The translations under genes and the position numbers were made by a program. Below the pieces are notes generated by a model that did not search any database, was not told the DNA's origin, and saw only the letters and a program-made list of their open reading frames with translations. Shown piece after piece: positions 24,607-38,618 of a stretch of 53,848 nucleotides of DNA; the stretch's first letter is position 1; every line of letters starts with the position of its first letter. The stretch is from Phoronis australis (lineage: Eukaryota; Animalia; Phoronida): positions 1 through 53,848 of the forward strand of contig NMRA01001110.1 of NCBI GenBank assembly GCA_002633005.1, given 5' to 3'.

Positions 24607-26652
24607 GATATGAATTGTCCCGTAAAACATGTCGGGTTTTAGGACGACCATTTACTTTGATTTAATTCAATATCTCATCTTGATACAACTTACCTTTTAC
24701 CCTTGCACTTGTGAAATACCTTCGTGACCAATTGCCATACATGTACCTTCAAGAACAAGTAAATCACTGTATTACACAGTTGCACTAGAATGTAATATGA
24801 TGAAACGACAAGAAAAAAACTAATAAAAGCATATTATATGTATGCTCGATCATGTGAAATAATACAAACATAAAATGGAAGGTTGCAATAACATCAAAAC
24901 GAAATATCTCATAGTTATCGCAATCAACACAAACGGGAAAATATTGAAAAAATATAGGTTTTTGAAAACTTAGTGACACAAAATATTCATAAAATAATAC
25001 AATATTTCTCAATGAATTCATGAAATCTTGAGAAAATGTGTAGCTTGTCTAGAGATAACATAATTAACGGATTACAATTTGGCGAGGATATTTGCACTGG
25101 AATACATAACGAAGTTCAAAACGCGGCTAGAGCTGTTTAAAGTAGGTTGGCACATGAACGGGAACCAAGTCTTTTCCCCTTTTTGCTCTTTAGTAAATGC
25201 TTAAGGCAACCATACTTCTTAATTTAATGGAACACAATAGTGCCACGAAGCCAAACATCAAGTTGAAACGTTAATTTTAAAGTGTGTCAAATGCGACAAT
25301 GCTGCCAACGTCTTTGAAAAGTTTTTCAGGGATTACAGCGAAAGATTAAGCACCGAAACACAGACCCACTTAGGAAAACGATCTTAAGCAGAACAACGGT
25401 TTTATATGCCAGTGAGAAACTAACCGTACTAAAACAGGTGATTTGGGATGAAATAAGAGTGTATTTCCCAAATCGGAGCTCATTATTTTCAATTTAATGT
25501 AAGAGTGTCTTTCTTACCCTGATGTTGTAAACCCATAACGCCTTGTTCGGTAATACTTGTCTAAATTAAAACGCGGCGACCACGTGACCGTTCTATCGCT
25601 CTGATTGTCGCTCCAAGGTAAAATTCTACCATCATGCCAAGCAGCCCGACAAATACTTGAATCCTGAATTGATTAAAAGCATACCAATCACATTGGAGGT
25701 AAAGTTCTACTGACACTGGCTGGGAAATGAACTTTACAAGAAGAATCACCAGTCATATCTCTTGACACTTAATTGTAGTACCAGCAGCTTATTTCAAATT
25801 AATGCATAAAAGCAAACAAATGCATTTGCGTAATACCTTGTTTAAACTGTATGAATTTATTTTTAAAGCCCCATTAAATGGTCACCCAACTAAAATTAAC
25901 ATTCGTTTCACAAGTAGGTCACAAAATTTATAGCACATATCGTTTTCAAATTAGGAAGTTTCAGAAGTCTTCTATTTCTTATTTGACGTTTGGGAGTATA
26001 TCTTGCTAAACGGTAATCTATGCGGAAAATGTCCGGAATTCCTGGCATTCTATTTAATTAGATGATTTTGTTTGAGTTATTAAATATTTAAACCGTATGA
26101 TTCTGTGGGACATACCCAAAACTTTTGCAAATAATGTTTTTTTCATGTGTATTTATCAGCAGTGTGTGCATTTTCTTCGAGATGCTATGTTTATTAAAAC
26201 CGTGCATGCCACCTAATGACTTCCTGGAGAACTGCGTGTACATGTATAAGTATAATCAGGAAAAGAAGACGCACCTGACACACTTCATTTTGAAAGCAGA
26301 GTGTCACGGGAAAATTAGGATACGTGTACCTACCCATTTACATAGTAATACCATGTGAAAATGATGACACTTTCCACAATTACAAAAGGCATACTTTCAG
26401 AATTTTTTTATTATTTGTGTATTTCACTATCAAATAACGATTGCGAAATATTTGAAATTACTAGGTTTTTATGTGTCCACACTTGTTTTTCAGAGTAACA
26501 GCTGTGGCGTCTTCTGTAAAAACCGCATAAATTTACAAATTGTTTTTTTTTCCTAATTATACTTGTACACACAATTCTCCATGAAATCCCTAGGTTGCGC
26601 TATTGCTACACATTTGAATGTTTACGGTTTTAATGAGACATAGCATCTTTAA

Positions 26653-29504
26653 AGGAGCATGCCACCCAAAAAACAACCTATTTTGTATCAATTTAGATCG
26701 AGTAGTTCTTCTCGATAACGGCACGTTCGGTTGCGTTACCTGACACCTGACGGCAGACGGAGGTGTTGAAAACACACAATGACGCCATTGGTATAACATG
26801 CAGTCTGTTCAGCAGTTCAGAACACGGGTTACTGGTGTAAGCTTATCGCTTGAATTCATCGTTTAACACCAATAAATCACCAAAATTCGATGCAAAACCC
26901 TAAAAATACGCCTAGTTCTTGTACGGATTTATTGATATTTGGACACACAGTAGCCTACAAAATTCGGCAAACCAATTTAGCAAGGTCAGTAGCAGGAGTT
27001 TGTGGTCTGTTCGGAGAAAAATTCGAAGCATTCTTCCGTGAAATACAGATAGGAAAACCTTGATCTGTCTTGTTTAGAGTTGTGATTTTTTGAGTTCTAA
27101 ACACGCAAAACGCTTGTTATCCCGGCCAGTGGCTCGGAACCCAATTAGGCCCGTCGCGGGTGCCGGGACTGGCGCGAACATAAACCAGCTTGAGGTAGAA
27201 ACTCAACCTCCATTCTCAAAAAGACTATAATAGTGAGCCAAAGAAGTAATATACACGCAATTATATGTGAATTAGCCACGAAAATCTACTTACATGTCGC
27301 GGGCCGCGAAGTCGGGTTACCCTTCCACAAACCTTCCGGGCAAAGGTTGTACAGTAACACTGATTTGAATAATGCATTTGTATTTCTAAATACAGATTCG
27401 TCTAGCATGTCACCATCTACTATACAAAATACATCGTTTGCACAAACTACGTCGTCACCACTCCATTACAGACCTTCCTTGTGCCCGTTACTTTCGGAAC
27501 CGCCTTGGTCCCAGGTATTGCACCGGCCCCCTATTTGGATTCGAGGTGTTCTATTTTTTCTCCCCTCTCGTTTCTTTCGTGTATGCGGAGGGAGGGTGGT
27601 CAGTTTCGTACTGGCCTTGGTGACGTCAGTCCGTCGGATGAACGGCCTGGGCGACGTCACTCCGTCGGCTTAATTCCACTCCCTCCGGCTTCTGTCGCGT
27701 ACGTAATTCATTGGGCCTCATTAAAAAGTGTTAACTCTTCCTTGAGTAAACTAAATTATATACCCGGGTGTGGAAAATTGGCTTTCTTCTTTTATTCTGA
27801 TGCTAAAATTGCGATACGCTCTTTGAGCGCCATTGCGTCACCTATTGGCCAATTTCCATGCTCTTCAATCAACTCTGAGGTTGCGTACGTGTCATAACAA
27901 TTCAAAGTGGTTTCATTTCGTTACAATTTTTTGCTATTTTAATACCAGAAAACCCAATTTCAGAACAAACTCTCGAGAGATATTGCAAAATTTTAGGGAA
28001 CGGCGTGTACGTGTCACGAGTATGCACTGTTTTCAAAACGACGGCAGATTTTCCTTTGTTACAAAAGGCGGAGAATTACGAAAATAACGTTTATTAGATT
28101 CTTTAAGTCTATAAACGGCTGTAACGGGCAAGGTGAAAGTCGCTTCATTCCCAGATTTTGCAGGCTCTCCTGTAGGTTGTTAGCCCAAAGATTCAAGACG
28201 AGGTGACGAGCTGAGCACGCGGGTTGTGTGAAATTTCGTGGTCTAACGGAGCTCTACACACGGCTACCTCAGAAGCTAGCTGGCTTTCTACCTCGGTGTG
28301 TACATTTTTGATGCAACTTTTGTAAATACATCTGTATACTTTGTGCACTATGCAATATTTTAAATGCATTCTTAGTTTTCACTTGAAAGAATATATGATT
28401 ACCGTACTTAAGTTGTGTTACGGCACGGTCAAGTGTTCTGGAAAGAAATTTGTACTGCCCGGGGAAGCATCCCGCAGCCGCAAACGTTGCCTTCTAAAAT
28501 CTGACGGGGACACATTCCGCTTGAAGCTTTGAACACAGTCTCTTCAAGAAGTATTCCTGTGTCTTGCGATGAACACCAATGTTCACTTTTAGGTGTACCT
28601 ACCCCCCCTCGGGGTTTCCCACTAGCTGCTACGGGTAACAGCTAGTAGCATATAAAATTGAGTAATTCTTTCACCACAGCTTTCAGTCAGCAAACACTGA
28701 ATTAGCATGCGCTCTCACGGCCTCTGTGCCCCGTCAATTAGCTTTATTGCCAGCACCAAAAGCCGGTAACGTAGTGGTTTATTTATTGCTGGCTTCTCAA
28801 TATTTGCACTCATGAATACTTCAAAGGCGTTACAAATTGTATCTAATGAGACAGGCATTGTTTCAGTTTTATATAAGCATTGGTTAGGATGAGAATAATT
28901 CATTTTGAAACAAAACGCAGAGAAGTACACGTCTACATGGCAACTCGCCCGACGCCAATCCCGACTTAGTCAAGAGCTCACCCGACGAAGACTTCACAGG
29001 TCGGATCGTTTGGTTTCACAGGCTATCAGTTTGAACCGGAATACACTGATCAAGGAATACTAGTGAGGGGCCGTGAACATGCACAGGCAACGGAAGGTAA
29101 GGATAGTTCTTTGGTAAGCCGGAATTCGTCAGAGAAATCACTGTCGACGAAATGCCGGCAACAGACACGGACACATTTTACGGTCTCTTACTTGCTATTA
29201 ACAGCTTACCTTTTATTCTTCACTAAAGTGAGCTACTTTCTAAACATTTTGGGCTCTCGAGGAAGTCGAAAAAACGATATACTCGCTTTCTTCGCAGCAT
29301 CATAGTTTGGACAAGCGGGAACAATGCACATCGATATAGCGACATTTATTCTACAGACGAACCACTGACGTAGCTGCGTCGTTTCTAACCTTCATCACAG
29401 ATTAACGCAACACCTCTCAGCAAGATGAGGTCGACCGTTTAAGAGGCAACGTGGATATAGGGCGATTAAGACGAAAAAAAATACTAATTAGATCGGGTGG
29501 CAGT
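26653..29504. mobile_element. Kolobok-like non-autonomous DNA transposon, copy 1
   Basis: TTAA|AGGAGCATGCCACCC at left, GGGTGGCA-gt|TTAA (partly deleted TIR) at right. Minus-strand THAP stub MCIVPACPNY..ISFFRLPREP..RK*..RVCCRHFVDSDF (29331-~29100). Plus-strand stub GYQFEPEYTD (~29020). Confidence 0.75.
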
Positions 29505-29644
29505 TTAAAGTTACTAAGATTTGTTACCATTGCTTTTCACAATGACAATTTTCACGTGATATTATGTTTGGTTTTGCATCAAAATTTAACATGACATCCT
29601 TTAGGTTCCCTTTACGCACTTTTGCATACTTGGTGGCATTCAAA

Positions 29645-29900
29645 TATGCATTCATGCATACATACATGTATGTAGGCATACATACATAAATACATAAAGA
29701 AATGTACATGAATGCATACATGCATGCGTACATGTATGAATACATCCACACATGCATGTTAACGCACACGTCCATGCATACATACGTGCACACATGCACA
29801 CGCAAATATCAATACATACATACATTCGTACGTCAACACAAAATTCACATAATACATTCATAAAACCAACATACATGCAACATGCTTACATACACTGTAT
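29645..29900. repeat. Degenerate (CATA/CA)n microsatellite
   Basis: Runs of catacata/catgcatg/cacacg. Confidence 0.85.
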
Positions 29901-30007
29901 AAATACGTGGGTTTTCTCATTATATAAGTTCTTTTTATATTTCGATGACATTGAAAAACGCAATCAATACAAACACCACTGTCTGATGCATTAAGATGAA
30001 ACTTTAT

Positions 30008-30075
30008 CACTACAACCACCAATACAACTACAACAACGGCAACAACAAGAACAATAACTACAACAACAACAACTT
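30008..30075. repeat. (CAA/CTA)n trinucleotide repeat
   Basis: caaccaccaatacaactacaacaacggcaacaacaagaacaataactacaacaacaacaac. Confidence 0.9.
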
Positions 30076-33000
30076 CATATACTACTCTCATTTCTGTTTC
30101 TACCTCTACAGCTTTCAGAGGCTGGTTAAAGAGTACCCTTCTACTCCACTTTACTTACATAAGTATACGACCCAGTTCCCCAAACTTCATGTGCAGAATC
30201 TGTACACTCTCCCTTTGGACATATGTATCTATAACAGAAGACATTCGTTATACATAAGCGAAACTACTGTTTCAAGTGCGACCACTTTCAAGAAAGAAGC
30301 TTCTAAGTTCATTTCTGTAGCTCCAATGAACTTGTACTGACATTGGACATCCATTCTCACTTATAGAAATATCGCCCACGACAGCAGCATGCACTGTCTG
30401 GTCGTTACGAAATAACGCATTAAATAGCAATGTCGTTCAACTTCTAGTATACGAAGCTTACTTTGAACATGCAAATGTGGTTCTAAAAAGTATCTTTAAA
30501 GCACTACTCTAACCACATTTAGGACATACATCGGTATATGTCACTTCCTTTGGCATACTACATGATTGCAGGACAAAGGAAGTTGTGTCGCACTTCCGTA
30601 GTGAAGACAGGGAAGAGTTCAATAACTTTAGCTCCACCCTAAAAAACGAGATCTCGCAAGATGGCAACGTATTTTGAATAAGTCGCACGTTACTTTAAAT
30701 CCCCGCGAGACAGTTATTGAATTTTACCCTGACTATTCGTGGCAACGTGTTGATGGACATTTTTGAGCGATCAAAGAATACAAGCATATTCGGGTGTAAT
30801 TGTTGCTAAGTTATTCCACATGTTTTGATACTTCATTTCACTTATTAACTCTGTCACTTGCCCGTAAACTATATGTGATGCTATGAGCTGAGTATATACT
30901 GCCGAGTAAACATGTACTAACTCGGTGCAGCATAATAACACACCTACAGTGTATGTAACATACGTGGTGTGACTTTATCAGTGGTTGCAACCCTTCCTCT
31001 GTTTGCAACCGCACAGCCAATTTCACTCTCCCAAAGTGAAGGGAACATTTCGTAAGTTTCTTTGCGTATATGCGTTTTCATTACATTTTGCTAAGTTCAT
31101 TAACGTTTTGTGGTATTCAGCAGGGGACCTTTGACTGATGAATAATTGGCTGGTGTTTAAATTGAAAATTATAACCAATGTCACTCACACAGCAATCCGA
31201 AAACAAAGCCCATTTATTCTGGCACTTGCTCATCAGTATGCATGTATTTGTCTTAGAAAAGCAGGCTTGTCCACAGTTATCCAAAAGACACTGCGGTAAT
31301 ATTTTATTTGCAGCTCAACCTACCTCGTACTTTCAGCTGTGCCTTTTTAAAACTACGTGTACATGTATGAAAGGGTTTTTTAAGGTAATAATTTCATTTT
31401 ATGTTTGAAAATAAAACCGGCAACACGTGAGTGAAAGAAACCAATACTTAGCTTTGTAATATGGTTTCCGTTAATAGTTTTTCACGCTTGGCTGTTTTAG
31501 TGTTCATGTAATGTGTACTTTCACGCTGTAAAATAATCACACTCACGGCTGGCTTTGTTCCCGATAATTGCTATAGAAGGCTGCACTGCATTGTCCAGTT
31601 GCGTCGCTGTTCAACGGTTGACAGAAGAGTGAACCTGAAATGTACATGAAAGGCATGGTCGTGTTTATGATTCCATTTTCAGACAAAGTACATGTATTGT
31701 GCGAAGTATATGATAAATTGAAAACACTTTTGCAGTAATGTTGGAGCAAATAACAGTTTCTTTATTAATTTCTGGCCGCTAACAGGGCTTTTNCCCCCTG
31801 GGTGCGCCCATGCATTAGACTCGAAATTGTTTTTGTCTATTTTTACTTTTTTACTAGTACATTAATAATTACGTAATTCTAGTTCGCACTTTATAACCCC
31901 GGTATTAACTTTAAAATTTTAAATCTCGGCCCCGGAACTTGGTAATGCAAAAGTTTCGATTAGCAAGATAACTCATTTATGGTTAAGCATAACACTGTCA
32001 CATTTGTAACGAAACGTTTTACGTTTCGTGCGACATCGTCTACAAGAAGTGCGACTTCTGTCTTCACGCATTCACTATTGAGCGAAAATTAGCAGATTTC
32101 ACTCCGGCGATGACCAGGTGCAGCTAAAGTCACTAGCTATGGATTTTGCAATCTACGCGTTCCACAGCAATTGGGCAATCAGGATTCTTTAAACGTGTTG
32201 GGCCTACTGAGGTTGTCCCCTCGAGAAAAAAGTTCTGCATATATTACGGTCGCAGGACACTTTTAACGCCCGTGCTTTACGAGCATAATCGCTATATTCG
32301 CTTCGAAAATCGGATCATGCCAGCTCTGAAAAAGGTTGTGCGCTCGCAATGCACGCCCGTAAAACAAACTCATTAATTACGCTCATGATTGACGAAGTGT
32401 AAAATAGTAGTGAACCGCATCAGTGCTCTGGGAAGGAAAATACTTGTCCGTGAATCACGTTTGTAAATTACGTGCGTTCTTCACGTAACATGTACATGTA
32501 TGCCAGTAACCTTTATTGGAGCAGGTTACTAATGTCGTTGGAATGATTGCCTATTCACTCGTTATATGGTTTTTCAGGACGTTGACGAATATTGGATTTT
32601 TTACAAGTATCGGTGTCCAACAATATACGAACTTTGAAGAAAAGGCCTAGCAGAGCTTGAAATCTTTTCTCTAATTTTAAGTTGTATTGTGTACTTTCTG
32701 ATGTATTTGATAATAAACACTTTTAGTGCTTCGAATGACTTAGAATAACACAGGAATAGAAATTAATTTGGAGTGGAACAGATTTCATGGAATGGATGTC
32801 CAGCCCCAGTGAACACGGTTCGTTTTTTCCAGCACCATTGCTTTTAATACCGGTCGATAAGGTACCGTATGCAGGTCATCGGATGCTCTAGAATTGACAA
32901 CAGAATCAAATTTTGTTGGAAAAATATTGTGCCCCAGGTCCTCACACAAATGTGAATGTGCTACCTTCAAACATGAAGCATGGTTTTAAGGAAACAATAT

Positions 33001-33787
33001 ACATGTATGGCGGGGGCATGTGATAAAAGGTAATTGTTACCAACTGGGGTGTATCGTGAAGTGTTTCACCAAGTCTTGCTCATGAGCATAGTGCTGAATG
33101 TTACCTGTACATGTACGTCGAGAGCATAATAATGCTGTGTTTAGTAAGACATCAGAGAAACTAAAACTGTATTTTTATCATGGGCCAAACAATACACAGA
33201 AGGTCTCCTGTCAAATTTTATTCAAGACTGTGACAGAGTGGAGAACAAATTTCGTATTTTACACCAATCGGGAAGATCCAGATTTTTTTAAAAAAGGGGG
33301 CAAATCAACAATTCGAAAATTCGAGATTTGTTTTCACGAATATCAAGGGAAAAAGGAGTTCAGACCCCTTTCAACACCTCGCCCTGGGATCAGCCTACGA
33401 TATCGCTGTGATCACTTATTGACGTGTTTATCTATCAGCGAGAAAAACACTACTTTTAACTTGCCCTCAAAATAGTTCATCAGATATCCGCCAGGAGACT
33501 GCAGTCACCTGATCTGAACTATGTCATGGGGTCCAACAGATGGCTTCAGACGTCAGACGCCTCATCGAACTCCTATTCATCAAGATCTCTTATCTCGAAA
33601 TAGCAATTCTGGTCAGGTGTCTATTTTTATTTGCTCACAATTGTGGTTCAAGCACACGAGTCATTGTGTATAGTCTTATTTCACATTTGATGACCCCTGG
33701 ATTCAAGACACGTATAAAAGTTTGGAAGTTCGTGTAAAGCTTCAATTTCAATAAAAAATCGAAGTTCAGAATTTGACTAGGACTTAA

Positions 33788-35133
33788 AGGAGAATGCCAC
33801 AAAAAACAACCTATTTTGTATCAATTTAGATCTAGTAGTTCTACTCGAAAATGGCACGTTCGGTTGCGTTACCTGACACCTGACGGCAGACGGAGGTGTT
33901 GAAATTATCCAATGACGTCATTGGTTTCACGCGCGGTCTGTTCAGCAGTTCACAACAACGATTACTGGTGTCAGCTTATCGCTTGAATTCATCGTTTAAT
34001 ACCAATAAATCATCAAACTTCGATGTAAAACCCTTAAAAATACACCGAGTTCTTGTAAAAAAACGTGTTGTTTAATTTGCTGTTACGGATTAATTGGTAT
34101 TTGGACATATCATAGCCTACAAAGTTCGGCAGGCCAATTTACCAAGTCCGTAGCAGGACTGAGTTTGGGGTCTGTTCGGAGATAAATTCGAACTATTCTT
34201 CCGTGAAATACAGTCAGGAGAATCTAGATCTGTTGTTAAGACTTGTGGTTTTTTGAGTTCTAAACACACAAAACGTTTTTTATCCCGGCCAGTGGCTCGG
34301 AACCGACCCGGCCGCCGGGACTGGCACGAACATAAACCAGCTTGAGTTGGAAACTAAACCTCCAGTCACGAAAAAATATAATAGCGTGCCAAATAAATAA
34401 GGTACACGTAATCATTGATGTGAACTAGCCAAAAAACTGAAAATCAACTTAGGTAGGGGGCCGAGAAGTCGGGTTCCCCTTCCACAGACAGTCAGGGCAA
34501 AGGTAGTACAGTAACAATAATTTGAATAATATATTAGTATTTCTAAATAAAGGTTCCCATAGCATGAAAAATCGAGTAATTGTTTCACAACAGCTTTCTG
34601 TCAGCAAACACAGAATTAACAGGCGCTCACATTACCTTAATCATTGCTGGCTCCTCAACGTTTGCACTCTCGAATACTTCAAAGGCGTTAGAAATTGTGT
34701 CTAATGAGACAGATTTTGTTTCAGTTTTATATAAGCATTGGTTAGGATGAGAATAATTCATTTTGAAAGATAACGCAGAATAATAAACGTCTACATGGCA
34801 ACTCGGGTGGCGCCAATTCCGAAAATTAGTCAAGAGCTCATCCGATGAAGACTTCACGGGTCGGATCGTTACATGGTAGGTTTCCCAGCCTATCAGTTCA
34901 AACCGGAATACACTGATGGAGAAATACTAGAGAGGCGCCGTGAACATGCACAGGCAACAGAACGTATGGATAGTTCTTTGGTTAGCCGGAATTCGTCAGA
35001 GAAATCACTGTCGACGAAATGCCGGCCACAGACACGGAAATGTTTCAAAGCCTCATACTTGGTATTAACAACGTACCTTTCATTTTTCAGTACCGCAGGC
35101 CACTTCCTAAGAATTCCGGGCTCTCGCGGAAGC
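33788..35133. mobile_element. Kolobok-like element, copy 2 (lacks a 1.24-kb internal segment, right end truncated)
   Basis: TTAA|AGGAGAATGCCAC. Colinear with 26653-27408 and 28646-29265. ORF track shows AYQFKPEYTDGEIL (+) and LPREPGILRKW..RVCGRHFVDSDF (-, THAP). Confidence 0.75.
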
Positions 35134-36850
35134 AATGATAGTTATCAATCATGAAGATGGCGCTACGGGTATTGGGCTCATTTAATCGATGAAAACAGGG
35201 ACATCATATAAAGTTCATCCCATCTATTGCAATGTGCCTGTCCTTATTTGCAGATCTCCAAAATAAAAACGCTACATCCTAAAACTGGTTCGACTTCAAC
35301 ATCATTGTATTACGTTAACTTTGCAAAACCGCTATGTTTTCAAGGATCATTAAAAACAGAAAACAAATCACATGATTCTCTACAAATTCAACACTGCTTT
35401 CAATTGCTAATCGTTACTAAAACCAACAACCAGTGGGGTATGAAAACTGATTTTAGACTCGGTCTCAAATTGTTCCTTATTCAAAATAGCTTGACAATTA
35501 CTGACAGACGTGATTCCCTGAGAGTAGCATCTTCAAGTTGTTTTAAATGTCACGGCGTGTAATTATATTCGCAGAGCTGGTCATGAGGAACAACGAAATG
35601 TTAATTATTTTCAAAGACCAGTATCTGGTAAGCTGACCCAAATTCATAGCGGTAAGTGGACTAAATCGTATATCAATTTCGTCGACGGAACTCGAGTACT
35701 GCTTTACTCAAACGATTCATTTAACGACTATGACATAATGCTAAGAGCAACCACAAGGAAAAACAAAGTGTTTTGACAGCGGAATATACAACATTTGACA
35801 GTAAATAAAGTTGAGTGAACGCTTACTCTTGGACTTTCATAAATTTTAGCCAAACACAATTGTTCTTCTTTCAATGTTTTCGCTAATCTTGAAAGGGAAC
35901 AGGATTGTCCGGACACAAACACCTCTTCCTCATTTTAGTTTGAAAGTATAGAAATATGCTGAACATAGAAATAGAGAAACTTAAGAAAAAACTTACACAT
36001 GAAAAACAAACGGGTTACGTCTCGGTTTTCCATTAATATGGTCTACACTGCAACATCCTTGCCAAGCGTTGAATTTCCGTGACTGACTTTTTGTTATTTT
36101 TCGTCGTTTTCTTCAACTCCAACATGTGCTCCAAGTCAAACTTGTGACCTCTACGTTGAGCAACTTCCCTGATAATGTTTCGGGCATTCATTAGGTTTTT
36201 ACAAGTTTGATAGAACTGTGGTGGTCACGTGAAAATGACAACAGGGTTCACGGAAGTGTTCGGGACAAGACAGTATTCCACCAATCAAGGCATGCATAGT
36301 TCCGACATGTCAATAAAGTTTTTAGAGTGACATCGACGTGTTTACGCCTTTTTGGAATGAGTGACCAATAGGATAGACTTTTGAATTTGTTCGTATTTCA
36401 GACATTGTAACTCATGTATGACAGACTAAAGACGATGCAAATTAGTGCTTAGTAAAATCTACAGTAGTTTTCAAAATAAACTGGACAACGTTCAAATTCG
36501 ACAAACTTCCAGCGCAGTTTCAATCTCGACTAAATCTCGTCCAAATTTCAACAAGTGTAACTCTAACCAAGGTCTTCGTAATCGCGACGACTTACTGTGT
36601 AAGTCAATTACACAAATAAACGAACAGCGCCTACGGCAATAACGTCTCCGTAAACTCAAACAACAGTTCAAAAATATACTATTTCATTGCCAAAAAAGTT
36701 CGGCAAAAGTGTGTAATAATTCTAGCAAAATATTTACCCAAGTTAAGTTCTGTTGGAGTGCGGATTTATTTTGAGAATTATCCTATTGTTTGTAGATGTA
36801 AGTTATGCACCTTATAAATTGTGTACGCGTGTGTCAGTAATAAGGGTTTG

Positions 36851-36997
36851 GCTATGATCGCTAAGTTATCGCGCGTGCCTTTTAGTGGGAGTGTTTTCAG
36901 CTATGATCACTAAGTAGTCGCACGTGCCTTTGGTGGGAGTGCTTAAGGCTATGATGACTATGTAGTCGCACGTGCATTTTAGTGGGAGTGTTTTCAA
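36851..36997. repeat. Tandem repeat, ~48-49 bp x3
   Basis: Unit approx. gctatgatcactaagtagtcgcacgtgccttt(t)agtgggagtgttttca. Confidence 0.9.
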
Positions 36998-37633
36998 CTT
37001 GAGCCTTAAACGCAACGTACGCAAACAACCATGCTCAATTCAAATATTTGGCAAATTTTGTGGCAAAATTTATTTTGCCTCCCGATTCAAGTCAGTCCTC
37101 TCACAACGACTTTTGCAACGGCGGGAACAAAATGAGAATTCCTGTAACAAGGAAACTAAATTCCACTTAAGAAATTATAATTCTTCACGACGTCCTTCCT
37201 TCTAGCATAGAACTGTAGACATGTCAAGAGTTCAAGGCTACGAGCTAGTCTCATATATCCGATAATGGATGTCAGTATCGACAGGTGACGCGAGTAGCCT
37301 GCATTTTGAACAAAACTAACCATTGGTCAAAAAGACTAGGTAGAGGAGATAAACTTGGTCAAGTTTGTTCAATAAGAGGTGAAATCATACATGTAAACCC
37401 TGTCTTATTATGTTGGAAGGCGAGTGTCGTGTTCTGGCAGTTTGTAGTGATTTTGTGAAGATTATACATGTAGCTACTGATACCTGTCGACATTCAAGTT
37501 TGCAGAATAAAAAATACTGGTAACTAAACCAAATTGGTTGCACCGTATTTTGTTACACTCGTGGTCAAATTGCAGCCACATATTCAAGTGCATGTACAGC
37601 GTTTTAATAAAAGCTACTAGAAATAGTAAAACA

Positions 37634-37639
37634 TTTATT
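37634..37639 (-). promoter_or_regulatory. Candidate polyadenylation signal of the PTP locus
   Basis: AATAAA on the minus strand about 900 nt past the stop codon, followed by T-rich sequence. Confidence 0.3.
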
Positions 37640-38238
37640 GATTAGAATCATACAAAAACTTATACAGTGTAAGTATCAATACACCACTCTAACAGTTTTA
37701 GTTATCTTTCTCGTTTAACTGAATATTTGAAAACTGGAAGTGCGTTTCCGTTTAAGAATATGTTTTTTATTCAATGCGTTACCTTTTCCAACAAAATCCT
37801 TGAACATATCATTTGAACATTGCAGGTCCTGTAGGTTCTCTCCGAATTGTTGCAAAAAGACGACAAGACGGTGGATAATGCTACAAGCGCACCAAGCCTT
37901 GCAAGAGCAGTTTTCTTGCACAGGATGTAATTACAAACTCACCGAATAGTATCTAAAACTCAACTGACGCTTATTGTACAGAAAATTTATATAAACGAGG
38001 CAAAATACGTTAGAACAACCTTCTTCAAATACGTTACTTCGTACAATTTGCAAGAACATTCACTAAATATTCATTACGTTTTTGTAACAAATAGTTGTAC
38101 CAATGAAAATAATAATGTGGTCCTGAATACGTACAACACCAATCTGATTAGTAAACAAATTCATCGACACGCCAACATGTACGTGCACAAGGTGATTATC
38201 GACTGACGATATGAGCGTAATTCGAATCAGTTGTCAGA

Positions 38239-38343
38239 CGACCAGATTTCGGACCCAACTGCTGACGGCACTGGCCTCCAAGGTAACGACGCGACCAGAT
38301 TTCGGACCTTACTGCTGATGGCACTGGCCTCCGAGGTAACGAC
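38239..38343. repeat. 53-bp tandem duplication
   Basis: cgaccagatttcggacc..actgctga.ggcactggcctcc.aggtaacgac x2. Confidence 0.9.
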
Positions 38344-38543
38344 CCCTTAAAGACTGTTGCATTTAGGTCGGCGTCAGGTAGATCTCATGTCAGCTAATCA
38401 TTACCGGCTGAGAAACAAGTTCATACTGCATGTGAAGTAAAAGCTGCAAAACGTCAATGGAGAATCAAACAAGGATTACATTTAACACACATAAAAACTA
38501 GAAAGCGATAACTAACATATGGTCCCGTTCTAACCAGGAACGA

Positions 38544-38618
38544 CTAGGAAAAGTTGGCGCAAGTGTCAAACAATTGAATGAACTGCTCCGCCATACTGTA
38601 CAGCGACCTGTACTGGTC
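38544..38618 (-). pseudogene. PTP terminal coding exon
   Basis: ttttgtcttttcag|DQYRSLYSMAEQFIQLFDTCANFS* (QY motif and RPTP-type FDxYANF tail). Confidence 0.9.

Noticed and set aside
27120-27172. Interleaved complementarity (CCCGGC/GCCGGG, CCAGT/ACTGG) in both Kolobok copies
   Set aside because: Does not fit HDV, twister or hammerhead cores. More likely a subterminal DNA palindrome.
29524-30340. Several ORFs of 74-114 aa
   Set aside because: Translations of microsatellites.
36851-36997. Repeat array that could suggest CRISPR
   Set aside because: Contiguous units without unique spacers, no cas genes, eukaryotic context. Ordinary minisatellite.
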